The position numbers and the translations under genes are program-made. Under the pieces are notes generated by a model that searched no databases, had not been told where the DNA came from, and saw only the letters and a program-made list of their open reading frames with translations. A DNA stretch of 64,000 nt from an uncultured bacterium (GTDB lineage: Bacteria; Zixibacteria; MSB-5A5; UBA10806): the NCBI GenBank assembly GCA_965541585.1, contig CBEUCH010000001.1, positions 1-64,000 of the forward strand. Direction: 5' to 3'. This document shows positions 29,412-39,235 of this stretch, one piece after another (within the stretch, counting starts at the first letter, position 1; each line of letters begins with the position of its first letter).

Positions 29412-29852
29412 TTACCTGAGCGCCAGCTCACGCTCCATATTGATCATGAGTGATTCTATGGACTCCAGCTGCTGGAATTTGCTCAATTGCTCATATTCGA
29501 GAATAGCCCGCGCCTGGACGATGGCGTTTAGCTCCGCGGTCTTATACTGGGTAAGTATATCGTAATACTCCTTTATAAGCCCTCTGACGGCGGTGCCGTT
29601 CATATTTGTCCAGTTCGATGTGAATTTCTCGATTTCCTGAAGTCTGATGTCGGCCTGCATCCTGGCGTAGGTCATCTTTTCCCGGGCCGTATCCTCGATG
29701 ATTTTGAGCTTTTTGATCTGGGAATCTGTCAACTCAAGTGATGATCGGTGCTCGAGAATCTGCGATACCTGGGTTGACGGCAGGTTGCCCGCAGAGGCCG
29801 CGAGGGCCAACGATAGAATCCCTGCCATAAGAATTGCTGTGACTTTTCTCAT
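29412..29852 (-). CDS. Exported helical protein, Spy/CpxP-like
   Basis: Signal peptide; LELTDSQ and ILEYEQ resemble the two LTxxQ motifs; GGAGG RBS. Confidence 0.55.
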   Translation of the reverse strand: MRKVTAILMAGILSLALAASAGNLPSTQVSQILEHRSSLELTDSQIKKLKIIEDTAREKMTYARMQADIRLQEIEKFTSNWTNMNGTAVRGLIKEYYDILTQYKTAELNAIVQARAILEYEQLSKFQQLESIESLMINMERELALR

Positions 29853-30100
29853 TTTGTACCTCCAGTTAACGATTTTGCGGTTGACAAGAGCGAGTTTCAT
29901 AATTATCCTTAATACGTAGAGGGCAAATTAAAGCTGTCCTGCACGGGACCTGCGATCGTCTGGACTTATTAGGCGGCCAACCATTATTTCCGACGATCGC
30001 TTGCCCTCTTTTTTTTACCTTCAATTTGATATACGGAATTGCTTGCAGGCAGTTGCAAAAATATACGGAAATTGTGGAAGGGCTTTTGGTGAGAGAATTC

Positions 30101-30466
30101 CTATCCTTTAAGACTAACCAGCACCACGCCAACCAGAATAAAAGTCAAGCCCGCCCACTTTACCGTGCCGAACGGTTCTTTGAGAAAAAGAAAGGAAACT
30201 AAAACAACCAGCGCGTAGCCGGTGCTCATCAGAATCGGGTACGCTACTGATAGATTGGTTTTGGAGAGGACTATTATATAGCCTGCCACCGATGATACGT
30301 AACCGGCAAGACCGAGAAGAACATACGGATTCGCAACAGCAGATAATGCGAAATCGATGATCGACCTGTCGCCGATCTCCCCTACCTGATTTATCCCCAC
30401 CTTCAAGAAGACGTGTCCGCAGACGTTCAGGGCGATAACGCATGCCATCAAAAGTATTAAGGTCAT
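30101..30466 (-). CDS. SMR/EamA-type small membrane transporter (ArnE/F-like flippase family)
   Basis: Four TM segments; LSVAYP, FLKEP motifs. Confidence 0.8.
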   Translation of the reverse strand: MTLILLMACVIALNVCGHVFLKVGINQVGEIGDRSIIDFALSAVANPYVLLGLAGYVSSVAGYIIVLSKTNLSVAYPILMSTGYALVVLVSFLFLKEPFGTVKWAGLTFILVGVVLVSLKG

Positions 30467-30491
30467 AGCTGATCCTCGAATTATCTCTCCA

Positions 30492-31580
30492 TCAATAGGA
30501 TTTGAAAAACGCTCCCCAATCTGTCTCGTTGAGCCAGTCGTTGAATATCTTCTTGCCTCTAAAAGGGTACCAGAATTTATCGTGGTAGAATGCCGAGCCG
30601 AATACGAATATATACACCAGGGGAGTGTGAAATAGAAGCCTCTGCAGGATTTTCAATGGTGAAAACCAGAAGATATCGCCAACGTGCGACGCCAGATTAT
30701 CACCCACCTCGAAGCCGAAATTCAACTCGGAAATATCCTCGCCGACAATCTCCATCTCCTCGATCCGCCCGCACCCGAGGCCATTTTCGTGCCCCAATCT
30801 TATATATCCGATGCTCATGGGATCAAAGCCCATCATCTTCGCGGCCACAGCGTCGATGGCAACCTGGTCGGAGGAGGCCAGTATATAGTTTTTGATATGA
30901 GGGATCATCGTCCGCGGCCCGGGACCGGAGCCGGCAGTGGTGCCATCGGTGAAAGCGAAGATGCCGGGATGGATCTCCTTCTGTATGGATAACAGGTCTA
31001 CCAGCGTCTTGTGAATCTCCGAATGAGTGTAATGCCTTTTTGTGTTCAGGAGACCGCCGAATGCGTTTTTCATGGCTCCGGTGGTAGTGGTGTAGATATG
31101 GGTCTTCATGGTGGGGAGGTGAACTATGTTCTTGCCGACGAAAAACTCCGGTATACGGATGCCCCTGTCGTATATTCTGTCCAGAACAAGCATGGGAGAT
31201 CTGGGTGTGTATTCTATCCATTTTAAGTCGTCGGGATCGTTGTTGTATCGTTCCGGAATACCGTATTTCTCATAGACCGGTTTCAGTTTCAGGAGTTTCC
31301 CGCCAAGATAAGGGTCGGTGACCACGGTATCGTTATGCACCGCCACCAGATTGTCCACTCCGCTCGATTTCAGCGCTTTAATCGCTCCTTCAAGCTGCCA
31401 GGGGACTGTGTTGGCGGCGGGAAACGGGAGGTGCCAGGAGATATTATCCTTAAGAATTGTCGTTTTCCCCGACGGCAAGGCATCGTTAAGCCCTGCCATA
31501 TCGGCCAGCCTGATATAATCGTAAACGGCCGTCTCCGGCTTTGTCTTCAGAACTGCGACCTTCGATTTTGTATTTGCCAT
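30492..31580 (-). CDS. DUF362 domain protein
   Basis: LKDNISWH, HLPTMKTH..TTTGAMKNAFGG, G.GP, DQVAIDAV..MMGFDP. Confidence 0.8.
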   Translation of the reverse strand: MANTKSKVAVLKTKPETAVYDYIRLADMAGLNDALPSGKTTILKDNISWHLPFPAANTVPWQLEGAIKALKSSGVDNLVAVHNDTVVTDPYLGGKLLKLKPVYEKYGIPERYNNDPDDLKWIEYTPRSPMLVLDRIYDRGIRIPEFFVGKNIVHLPTMKTHIYTTTTGAMKNAFGGLLNTKRHYTHSEIHKTLVDLLSIQKEIHPGIFAFTDGTTAGSGPGPRTMIPHIKNYILASSDQVAIDAVAAKMMGFDPMSIGYIRLGHENGLGCGRIEEMEIVGEDISELNFGFEVGDNLASHVGDIFWFSPLKILQRLLFHTPLVYIFVFGSAFYHDKFWYPFRGKKIFNDWLNETDWGAFFKSY

Positions 31581-31593
31581 TTCGCCTTATCCG

Positions 31594-32463
31594 TCAGGAG
31601 CTTATTATTATTAAAACCGCAGCCAGCCAGAGTAAAACACAAACGAGCAGCGGCGGATCGGTCAGCATCAGCCTCGTCGGGTTGCCCCCCATTTCCTTAT
31701 GAAAAATCAAAAAGAGGTACCGAAAGATCCCGTAAAGCACGAAAGGAATCGTCAGCGAAAGCCACCTGGTGCCGAAATGATCGGCCACCTCCGGCGAAAG
31801 CGTATAGAAGGCATAGGCCACTACGGTGGAGGCGGTGACCACCGATATCATCTGATCCAGAAAAGGAGTTGAGTAACTTTCGAGCGATTTTCGATGATCG
31901 GTGGCGCTATCCGTGAGCAGGGTGAGCTCGTGGCGTCTCTTGCCGAAACCCAGGAAGAGCGCCAGCAGGGTGGTGCAGACCAGAAGCCAGGCCGATATAG
32001 GGACCTCGATTGCCAAACCTCCTGCCACGGCCCGCAAGACGAAGCCGGCGGCTATGGTCATAACGTCAATAATGACCACATTTTTTAAAATTGCCGAATA
32101 AGTGAGATTCAATACCAGATATGCCGCCAGCGCCAGCAATGTCAGCATATTGATGTAGGCTGCAATGGCGATCGAGAGGACGAACAGCGCAATGGAGACG
32201 ATAATCGCAGCCCAAACGGGGAGGAGTCCGGAAGCCAACGGCCTTTTTGATTTGAGAGGATGGCTCCTGTCACTCTCCCGGTCGAAGATATCGTTGACAA
32301 GGTAGACCGATGATGTTGCCAGGCAGAAGGCGACGAACGCCAGCATCGCCAGCCAGACCTTACCGGGCATCATGTAGACCTGCGCGAATATCAGAGCGGC
32401 GAAGACGATTAAGTTCTTGACCCAGTGAGCGGGCCGCATGCTGATTAGAATACCTCTGAACAT
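31594..32463 (-). CDS. Polyprenyl-phosphate phosphoribosyltransferase (UbiA family, DPPR synthase-like)
   Basis: RPAHWVKN, YLVNDIFDRESDRSHPLKSKRPLASG, GFVLRAVAG, KRRHEL, YGIFRYL. Confidence 0.88.
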   Translation of the reverse strand: MFRGILISMRPAHWVKNLIVFAALIFAQVYMMPGKVWLAMLAFVAFCLATSSVYLVNDIFDRESDRSHPLKSKRPLASGLLPVWAAIIVSIALFVLSIAIAAYINMLTLLALAAYLVLNLTYSAILKNVVIIDVMTIAAGFVLRAVAGGLAIEVPISAWLLVCTTLLALFLGFGKRRHELTLLTDSATDHRKSLESYSTPFLDQMISVVTASTVVAYAFYTLSPEVADHFGTRWLSLTIPFVLYGIFRYLFLIFHKEMGGNPTRLMLTDPPLLVCVLLWLAAVLIIISS

Positions 32464-32544
32464 AACGGATTAGAATATGGATAAAAAATAGAAAAGGTCA
32501 AGATGAAAGACCAGGAGACGACCTGATTTATTCCACATAAATTA

Positions 32545-32600
32545 TAGGGGCGTATAGCAATATCCATACGGCCCGTATGGGATCTGTAAGACGCCCCTAC
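32545..32600. repeat. GTAG-type REP-like palindrome
   Basis: TAGGGGCGT...ACGCCCCTAC arms enclosing the inner hairpin CCATACGG-C-CCGTATGG. Confidence 0.65.
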
Positions 32601-32662
32601 TTAATAAGAAATAGACGTCGGATGAAGATATCCGACGGCGTAATCAAGCAATCGTTTGGGTC

Positions 32663-32728
32663 CTATCTCTTCTTCTTAGCTTTCTTTCTTGCTGCTTTTC
32701 TTTTTGGTCTCCCCGGACCGTTATACAT
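32663..32728 (-). CDS. Putative 21-aa basic peptide MYNGPGRPKRKAARKKAKKKR
   Basis: ATG preceded by AAGGAG at 6 nt spacing; Lys/Arg/Ala-rich; below the ORF-track cutoff. Confidence 0.5.
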   Translation of the reverse strand: MYNGPGRPKRKAARKKAKKKR

Positions 32729-32822
32729 CGTGATCTCCTTTCAGTTGTTCAAGCGGAAATCGTTTCTCAGGTTGTTCGATGATGAAAATATATGAACATA
32801 TTGCAGCGCAAAAGCGATACGG

Positions 32823-33290
32823 TTATGTGCGCTTATACATCCATGTGAGGAGATGGGAGAAGCCCAGGGATTCCCAGAACCTGATGGTATCGGTGTTTTT
32901 TATAGCCACCAAGAGCTCGATCTGCCTGACTTTTCGCTTTGAGAAGAACGCCAGTGTGTCATCGATGAGCATTCGGCCCACTCCCTGCCGGCGATATTCA
33001 GGCTCAACGTAGAGATCCCCGATGAAACCGAATTTCTCAAGCTTGAAGTATTTCGGTTTATGAGAGATATAGGAATAGCAGAATCCCACCAGCTCGCTTT
33101 CGGTCTCAGCCACAATGAGCCGGCATTTGGAATCCTGGATCTTCTCGATCATTTCTTTAGAGAAAATCTCGGGTGCTTTTTTCCTGATTCTAAAAGCACT
33201 ATTGAACTCGGCGTTGTAGGCCATAAACTTCCCCCACAGCCTGCCAACCTTGAGCAGCTCCTCCTCGCGTGCTTCCCTGATTTTAACCAT
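32823..33290 (-). CDS. GNAT family N-acetyltransferase
   Basis: LYVEPEYRRQGVGRML, N...IRFWESLGF. Confidence 0.9.
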   Translation of the reverse strand: MVKIREAREEELLKVGRLWGKFMAYNAEFNSAFRIRKKAPEIFSKEMIEKIQDSKCRLIVAETESELVGFCYSYISHKPKYFKLEKFGFIGDLYVEPEYRRQGVGRMLIDDTLAFFSKRKVRQIELLVAIKNTDTIRFWESLGFSHLLTWMYKRT

Positions 33291-33377
33291 GCTTATTTGG
33301 ATATTAAACCGGGAAAATCTTCAAGTCAAGCTCGATGGCCGATCCGACAGCTGCGAAAAAAAGAAGGCTCCTTCAGA

Positions 33378-34151
33378 TCAATTGGCCCTGAGCTTGATTT
33401 CGATAAATCCTAAGGCCATTTCAATCTTTGCCTTAAGCGGTATCCTGGAATCGTCATCGGACATATATATTTCAAAACTGTCGCTCAATCCGGGGAATGT
33501 CTCAAACGGTATTCGCCCCTTGATCAGGGTTGCAGGGACAATTTTGCCATCTCGACCTGCGGTTTCGACCGTTGAAATAGATTCGATTAGAACCGAATCC
33601 GGTCTTGAATGGGCGAAAACCGGTATGTAGATCGGAGCCGTAAGGGTATCGTAGCTATCTCTTATTCGAAAGACCAGTGATATGGAATCGAAATAGCGTC
33701 GATCGACGTTTTCTATCTCCTTATGAGCGGTCGAGGTATCTATTCCATTGACGCGGTCCGATTTAATCCGAATTATGTTCTTATCATAGTCAAACCAGTA
33801 TTGCACTAATTTCTTGTTCTGCGCAGACCCCTCATCGCTGCTGAAATACAGTACGGTGTAATCGTCGCTAACGATACTCCGATAAAATCCGCTTACATTC
33901 AGAATTCCCGACGATTCAACGCGGCATTCCAATTCCCTGACCGTGTTCCCCTCTCGTTCATAGGGATTGCTTTCGGTAAAATCGATCTCGGCGAATTTAT
34001 AGCCGGCATAGCTGGCTTCATACGACAGGATCATCGGTGGGGCTATTCCTTCCGACGGTTCATCACCGAAAACGAGATATGAGCTTGACAGAATATAAAA
34101 TAGCGCTGCAAGAGCCAACGTTATCCGTATTATCGACTTTTCAATCACCAT
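33378..34151 (-). CDS. DUF3108-like exported protein
   Basis: Signal/TM segment; LSYEASY, FDSISLVFRIR, YMSDDDSRIPLK..IEMALGFIEIKL C-terminus. Confidence 0.6.
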   Translation of the reverse strand: MVIEKSIIRITLALAALFYILSSSYLVFGDEPSEGIAPPMILSYEASYAGYKFAEIDFTESNPYEREGNTVRELECRVESSGILNVSGFYRSIVSDDYTVLYFSSDEGSAQNKKLVQYWFDYDKNIIRIKSDRVNGIDTSTAHKEIENVDRRYFDSISLVFRIRDSYDTLTAPIYIPVFAHSRPDSVLIESISTVETAGRDGKIVPATLIKGRIPFETFPGLSDSFEIYMSDDDSRIPLKAKIEMALGFIEIKLRAN

Positions 34152-34275
34152 AGTCCAGATCCGGTCGTTGGAATATAACACAAAGGATGGTCGTGTCAAA
34201 TTCGCATTATAGCGGCATCACCACGGGATAGATTTGTCTCTTGACTGCCCGAGAGCTTATGGCTACATTTTTGCC

Positions 34276-34497
34276 ATGTCGGAATCATTATTTCAATTTT
34301 TCAGAGAGCAGCCTTTCTGGGCGATCTTCATAGCCGTGTTTATGATCCTTCCTATGATCGGGGCCGTCTTACATATCGTGCTGAAAGCACTGGGAAGAAA
34401 GGGGATTGACAATAGCCCGCCTGCGGCTGTTGTATCCACGCCGCCCGGGAACAACGGTGAATCCGATAACAAAGAACACCGCCGATCTCCTGATTGA
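34276..34497 (+). CDS. Small membrane protein
   Basis: Long hydrophobic segment; TTGACT-N17-TACATT promoter candidate at 34241-34269 immediately upstream (near-leaderless). Confidence 0.5.
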   Translation: MSESLFQFFREQPFWAIFIAVFMILPMIGAVLHIVLKALGRKGIDNSPPAAVVSTPPGNNGESDNKEHRRSPD

Positions 34498-34697
34498 AAA
34501 CGATTTTCAATAAAATGCGTCATAAATAGAACCGTTTTCTCCGGTTCAAATAAATGTCGGGTTGTATCCACATTTATGGGACATATCCAATGACCCGCCA
34601 TCGGATTTGCCGGAGCCTCCGTCGCGACAATATTCATAAGGTCTTAATGTTCAAATAGTTAAATACCTGTTTCATGTTTCAATGAGATCCCTGCGGC

Positions 34698-34713
34698 TGG
34701 AACGAAAATTGCA
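34698..34713 (+). promoter_or_regulatory. Putative sigma54 (-24/-12) promoter
   Basis: TGGAACGAAAATTGCA, exact GG-N10-GC spacing, in a ~330-nt intergenic region. Confidence 0.65.
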
Positions 34714-34824
34714 GCCTTGTAGGCCGGTTATTGAATAAAGTTAAGGCAGGTGCGTTCTCGCCGATAATCGTAGCGGTTCTTTTGAAACGTGAATATTGGC
34801 AGGACGCCCCGAAAAGGAGGGGCT

Positions 34825-34965
34825 ATGGCCAGAAAAAGAAAACCGCAGTTCAAGATGCCGGAAAAGACCTGCTGGCATCTTTACAGCCTGCAGAACCTGA
34901 ACCCTGAAAAGTTCATCAAGGTCGTAGGGAAAATACTCAAAAAAGAATACTTGCTGATAAAGTGA
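34825..34965 (+). CDS. Putative 46-aa basic protein MARKRKPQFKMPEKTCWHLYSLQNLNPEKFIKVVGKILKKEYLLIK
   Basis: Perfect AAGGAGG RBS before the ATG; lies downstream of the sigma54-like site; below the ORF-track cutoff. Confidence 0.6.
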   Translation: MARKRKPQFKMPEKTCWHLYSLQNLNPEKFIKVVGKILKKEYLLIK

Positions 34966-34978
34966 TCAGGAAAAACAC

Positions 34979-35007
34979 TTGACAGTCTGCTTACATCGAG
35001 ATAAATT
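34979..35007 (+). promoter_or_regulatory. Putative sigma70 promoter
   Basis: TTGACA-N17-TAAATT upstream of the M23 gene. Confidence 0.5.
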
Positions 35008-35043
35008 AGCCGGGGCTTTGGACATATGGTGAGGTGGCGCGGT

Positions 35044-35952
35044 ATGTTATCTAAAAAATATTCTGTTGTTATTGTTCCCGATAGCAATGAAAAAGTTATC
35101 AATCGGCAATTGAGCCGGGGATTTATAATATCTGTTCTCGTCGTAGCTTTCTCGCTCCTTGCTGCCAGCTCATATTTTGCCATCGGATTTTTAAATTCAT
35201 CGATAGATGGCCGGCGGATGGCTGAACTGACCACTGAAAACGGAATCCTGGCTTCGAAGATTACAGACTTGGAAAGCACCGTTCATAGCCTGAGGGCGGG
35301 AATGTCGGGTATAATTGAAAAGGATGACAATATCAGGCTAATCTTCGATCTTCCCCCGATAGATCCGGATCTCAGAGAGGTCGGTGTGGGCGGCGAAGCC
35401 GTCAATTATCCTGCGATAAATTCTGAACTCGGGGAGAGAACCTGGCTGGTAGAGGATGATATTGAGAAAATTCAAAGGCAGCTTGAATTTGAAAATGCGT
35501 CATTTGAGCAGCTTCTGTTGAAAGTGACGGAGAGGAAATCGAAACTGGATCATACTCCCACCATAAGGCCCTGTGATGGTATCCTTTCCAGAGGATTCGG
35601 CATGCATAATGATCCGTTCACCGGGTCGTTTCAACCGCACAACGGGATAGACATTGCCGCAGCCAGAGATACTCCCGTTCTCGCCACGGCCAGAGGCGTA
35701 GTAAGATATACGGGATACCAGACAAAGCTGGGAAACACCGTGGTAATCGACCATGGCAACGGGATTCGCACCTATTATGGCCATTTGAATAAGATAAAGG
35801 TCAGGAAGGGACAGAAAATATCCAGGCGCGATCTCGTGGGTCTTGTCGGATCTTCGGGTTACTCGACCGGTCCGCATCTTCATTACGAGGTTCGGATTGC
35901 GGGAAGGGCGGTCAATCCCTATAAATACATTATCAGATCGATTATTTCCTGA
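35044..35952 (+). CDS. M23 family metallopeptidase with TM anchor and coiled coil
   Basis: HNGID, YGHL, GYSTGPHLHYEV. Confidence 0.92.
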   Translation: MLSKKYSVVIVPDSNEKVINRQLSRGFIISVLVVAFSLLAASSYFAIGFLNSSIDGRRMAELTTENGILASKITDLESTVHSLRAGMSGIIEKDDNIRLIFDLPPIDPDLREVGVGGEAVNYPAINSELGERTWLVEDDIEKIQRQLEFENASFEQLLLKVTERKSKLDHTPTIRPCDGILSRGFGMHNDPFTGSFQPHNGIDIAAARDTPVLATARGVVRYTGYQTKLGNTVVIDHGNGIRTYYGHLNKIKVRKGQKISRRDLVGLVGSSGYSTGPHLHYEVRIAGRAVNPYKYIIRSIIS

Positions 35953-35974
35953 GATAATGATCAGTGGAGATCCC

Positions 35975-35998
35975 AGCCCCTTTAAATGGGGCTTTTTT
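35975..35998 (+). terminator. Intrinsic terminator
   Basis: AGCCCC-tttaaat-GGGGCT followed by TTTTT. Confidence 0.7.
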
Positions 35999-36035
35999 GT
36001 TGCCGTCGAATTCCGATTCCCTATATTTCAAGATT

Positions 36036-36470
36036 ATGCAAAAGGCTGTGATGGTGTCCAGATGTTTATCGGGGGAAAGATGCCGATGGGATGGCAACAT
36101 ATTGAAGGATGGTATATTGGAGAAGCTCAAGAACTGCAGGGCGGCTCTCATCTGCCCGGAGATGGATGGTGGTTTGCCATGTCCCAGACCGGCTTCGGAG
36201 ATCAACGGCGGCGATGGATTCGACGTTCTCGATGGAAAATCTACAGTGCTCGATACTGAAGGGCATGATGTTACCGATAACTATCTTAAGGGAGCTCAAG
36301 TGGCATTGAATAAGGCACTTAACGAGGCGATAAAGCTGGCTTATCTGAAAGAGAGAAGCCCCTCCTGTGGGGTAAGGGCCATTTATAACAGTGGTAAGCT
36401 GGTATCAGGTATAGGGGTGACAGCGGCGCTTTTGGAAAGGCACGGCATAAAGCTGGTATCCATGGGATGA
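36036..36470 (+). CDS. DUF523 family protein (2-thiouracil desulfurase-like Fe-S protein)
   Basis: VSRCL.G..CRWDG, CPE..GGL..PR, LKERSPSCG, G.GVTAALL. Confidence 0.85.
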   Translation: MQKAVMVSRCLSGERCRWDGNILKDGILEKLKNCRAALICPEMDGGLPCPRPASEINGGDGFDVLDGKSTVLDTEGHDVTDNYLKGAQVALNKALNEAIKLAYLKERSPSCGVRAIYNSGKLVSGIGVTAALLERHGIKLVSMG

Positions 36471-37393
36471 ATCACGAAGAGCACCAACATCATTCAGTCG
36501 CTGCCGTCAAGCCGGGTTCCGGTCTGGAGAAACGGCTTGTATGGGCGCTTCTGATAACATTCGGCATTTTCATATTGGAGATAATCGGTGGTTTCTTATC
36601 GAACTCCCTGGCGCTGAAGTCCGACGCCGGTCATCTTTTTGGCGACGTAATGGCATTGGGTCTTTCGCTTTTTGCCGTCAGGATTTCCCGTTGGCCACCG
36701 ACAATGAGGAGAACTTTCGGCTACCAGAGGGCCGAGGTTCTGGCTGCCATGACAAACGGCCTGACGCTATTAATTCTGGCCGCATATATTCTCTTTGAAG
36801 CGTATCACCGGCTGATGGCGCCGGAACCAATCCAATCGGTTCTTATGCTGGTGGTGGCCGTTATCGGGCTGCTGGCAAACATCATCGTAATATTCCGGCT
36901 GCGGGGCCATGCCGGAGAGAATCTCAACGTCCGGGCAGCGTTCCTCCATGTTGTTGGTGATATGCTTGGATCGGTTGGGGTGGTTATAGGTGGTTTGATT
37001 ATGTATTTTACCGGTAGCTATCTGGCCGACCCGATCATCTCGTTTTTTATCGGGACCATCATTTTGTTCGGCGCCGTGGGAGTTCTCAAAGAGGGACTCA
37101 ATATTCTTTTCGAAGGTGCCCCGGGCACCATTAAATACGAAGACCTGAAGGCAGATATGGAGGCAATCGAGGGCGTTATTTCGGTGCACGACCTTCACAT
37201 CTGGACTATTTCATCATCCAATGTAGTGCTCTCGGCGCATGTCAAAGTACCCGATCAGCCTACCCATGCCGCTCAACGGATCCTGAACTCTGTGACCGGG
37301 CTTCTGAAGAAGAAGTATAAAATCCATCACTCTACTTTGCAGATAGAATGCGAGTGTTGTGCCGAAGCGGATTGCGGGTGCGTGTCCTTTTAG
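36467..37393 (+). CDS. Cation diffusion facilitator (CzcD/ZitB-like)
   Basis: SLAL.SDAGHLFGD, FGYQRAEVL, AFLHVVGD, HDLHIW, HSTLQIE. Confidence 0.92.
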   Translation: MNHEEHQHHSVAAVKPGSGLEKRLVWALLITFGIFILEIIGGFLSNSLALKSDAGHLFGDVMALGLSLFAVRISRWPPTMRRTFGYQRAEVLAAMTNGLTLLILAAYILFEAYHRLMAPEPIQSVLMLVVAVIGLLANIIVIFRLRGHAGENLNVRAAFLHVVGDMLGSVGVVIGGLIMYFTGSYLADPIISFFIGTIILFGAVGVLKEGLNILFEGAPGTIKYEDLKADMEAIEGVISVHDLHIWTISSSNVVLSAHVKVPDQPTHAAQRILNSVTGLLKKKYKIHHSTLQIECECCAEADCGCVSF

Positions 37394-37523
37394 CCGCCGC
37401 CCCCGTTTTTTTCCCCGGTGCCGGTGATCGGATTCAAGTTGAAATGATTCTAATCAGAAACATTGAGTTTGTATTCCGGTATAAGAAAATGTAGCTTTAA
37501 GAGTTGAATTAGAAAGGGTATTA

Positions 37524-39062
37524 ATGCAAAGGTTCGGCTCGGTCATTCTTACCATAATCGTCGGCGGCATACTTGGTGGGCTTTTCATGGTTGCGGTGCT
37601 GGGATATTTTGATAAGGCCCCGCAGGAACTCGTGGATCCGCAGGCTGACCAGAGTATCGCCCGGGACGTCGAGACCGATACGCCGGATTCAGGCCTACTT
37701 GACCGGAAGGGAATCGAGATCGATGCTGCCTCGAACGATATCGATCTGTCTCGCCGTAACGCTATTGTCCGGGCGGCGGAAGAGGTTGGAGCGGCCGTCG
37801 TATCTCTCTCTGTTATCCAGGTGGTCCATACCAGGAACACCTCGCCTTTCGGCTCTGATCTCTGGGATTTTCTTTTCCTGCCCCCGCCCAGAAGAGAAAG
37901 AGCGGTGCTATCACTGGGTTCCGGTGTCATCATCAACCCGGAGGGGTATGTCCTGACCAACGATCATGTAGTGGGTGGCGCCAAGGAGATCAGGGTTACA
38001 TTGACCAGCGGCAATGAATACCCGGGCCACTTGATCGGGACCGATCCGGTTACGGACCTGGCGGTTGTTAAGATCGTGGCGGATTCTACAGTCCTGTTCT
38101 CCAACGCAGCCCTGGGAGACTCCGATGATTTAATTATCGGTGAATGGGCAATCGCAATCGGGAATCCTTTCGGATATCTACTCGACGATCCCAAGCCGAC
38201 GGTTACAGTGGGCGTTATCTCGGCCACCAATCGCGACATAAAGCCAGAGAGAGGACAGAAGGCGACCTATCGCAAGATGATTCAGACCGATGCCGCCATC
38301 AATCCGGGTAACTCTGGGGGCCCGTTGGTGAATGCACTGGGGGAGGTAATAGGGATAAATACCTTTATTTTCACCTCCAGCCGCGGATCGGAGGGCGTGG
38401 GTTTCGCCGTACCGATTAACCGCGCTAAATTGGTTATCAACGATATATTGAAATACGGCGAGGTGGTCAAAGCATGGATCGGGCTTCAGGTGCAAACTAT
38501 CACGCCGGCGATAGCCCAAAGTCTGGAACTCAAGCGGCAGAAGGGATTGATCATCTCCTCCGTAAGCGATAGATCTCCAGCTTCTAAAGCCGGACTTAAG
38601 GCCAGCGATGTTCTTATCTCGGTTGGTCAACAGGACGTGAGCCGCCGGGCCGATTGGGAGGAGATAGAGAGCTATGCGCGAGCCGGGCGTGCCCTGGGAG
38701 TAACCGTTCATAGAGGCGAAAAGGAACTTTCCGTGGTGGTTGTGCCGGAGGAGATTCCGACCCGCCGGGCTCCCACAAAAATGGATAAATTCGGGCTGAA
38801 GGTGGCTAAGATTACGCCGTCGGTAGCGAGCTATATAGGAGTCAGAAATACCGAGGGAGTAATGGTCATGGGGGCTGAGGAATCAAGCTGGGCTGCCAGA
38901 TGGCTGCTGCAATCAGGGGATATCATCCGGCAGGTAGGAAAACGGAAGATTAGAGACCTCGATGATTACGTCGAGACGATGTCGAAAATAAAGCACGGGT
39001 TCAGGATCGTTTTTATGATCGAGCGTAGCGGTGACATATTCTTCGTCCAGGGAGTAACCTGA
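37524..39062 (+). CDS. HtrA/DegP-family serine protease with two PDZ domains
   Basis: TNDHVV, TDLAVVK, QTDAAINPGNSGGPL; catalytic triad intact. Confidence 0.93.
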   Translation: MQRFGSVILTIIVGGILGGLFMVAVLGYFDKAPQELVDPQADQSIARDVETDTPDSGLLDRKGIEIDAASNDIDLSRRNAIVRAAEEVGAAVVSLSVIQVVHTRNTSPFGSDLWDFLFLPPPRRERAVLSLGSGVIINPEGYVLTNDHVVGGAKEIRVTLTSGNEYPGHLIGTDPVTDLAVVKIVADSTVLFSNAALGDSDDLIIGEWAIAIGNPFGYLLDDPKPTVTVGVISATNRDIKPERGQKATYRKMIQTDAAINPGNSGGPLVNALGEVIGINTFIFTSSRGSEGVGFAVPINRAKLVINDILKYGEVVKAWIGLQVQTITPAIAQSLELKRQKGLIISSVSDRSPASKAGLKASDVLISVGQQDVSRRADWEEIESYARAGRALGVTVHRGEKELSVVVVPEEIPTRRAPTKMDKFGLKVAKITPSVASYIGVRNTEGVMVMGAEESSWAARWLLQSGDIIRQVGKRKIRDLDDYVETMSKIKHGFRIVFMIERSGDIFFVQGVT

Positions 39063-39235
39063 GGATTTTGAAGGATGCCCTGATTGGCTTGTGGCCCTCG
39101 CCATCGTCCTCCCGCCCTGGATTGACAATTATTGGATCGAAGATCAATCTGAAGTTAACCAGCGTATATCGATGCCCGGGATTGATACCCGTGACCGAAT
39201 TGATTTAAACCGGAGAATTCATCTTGAATGAGTAT

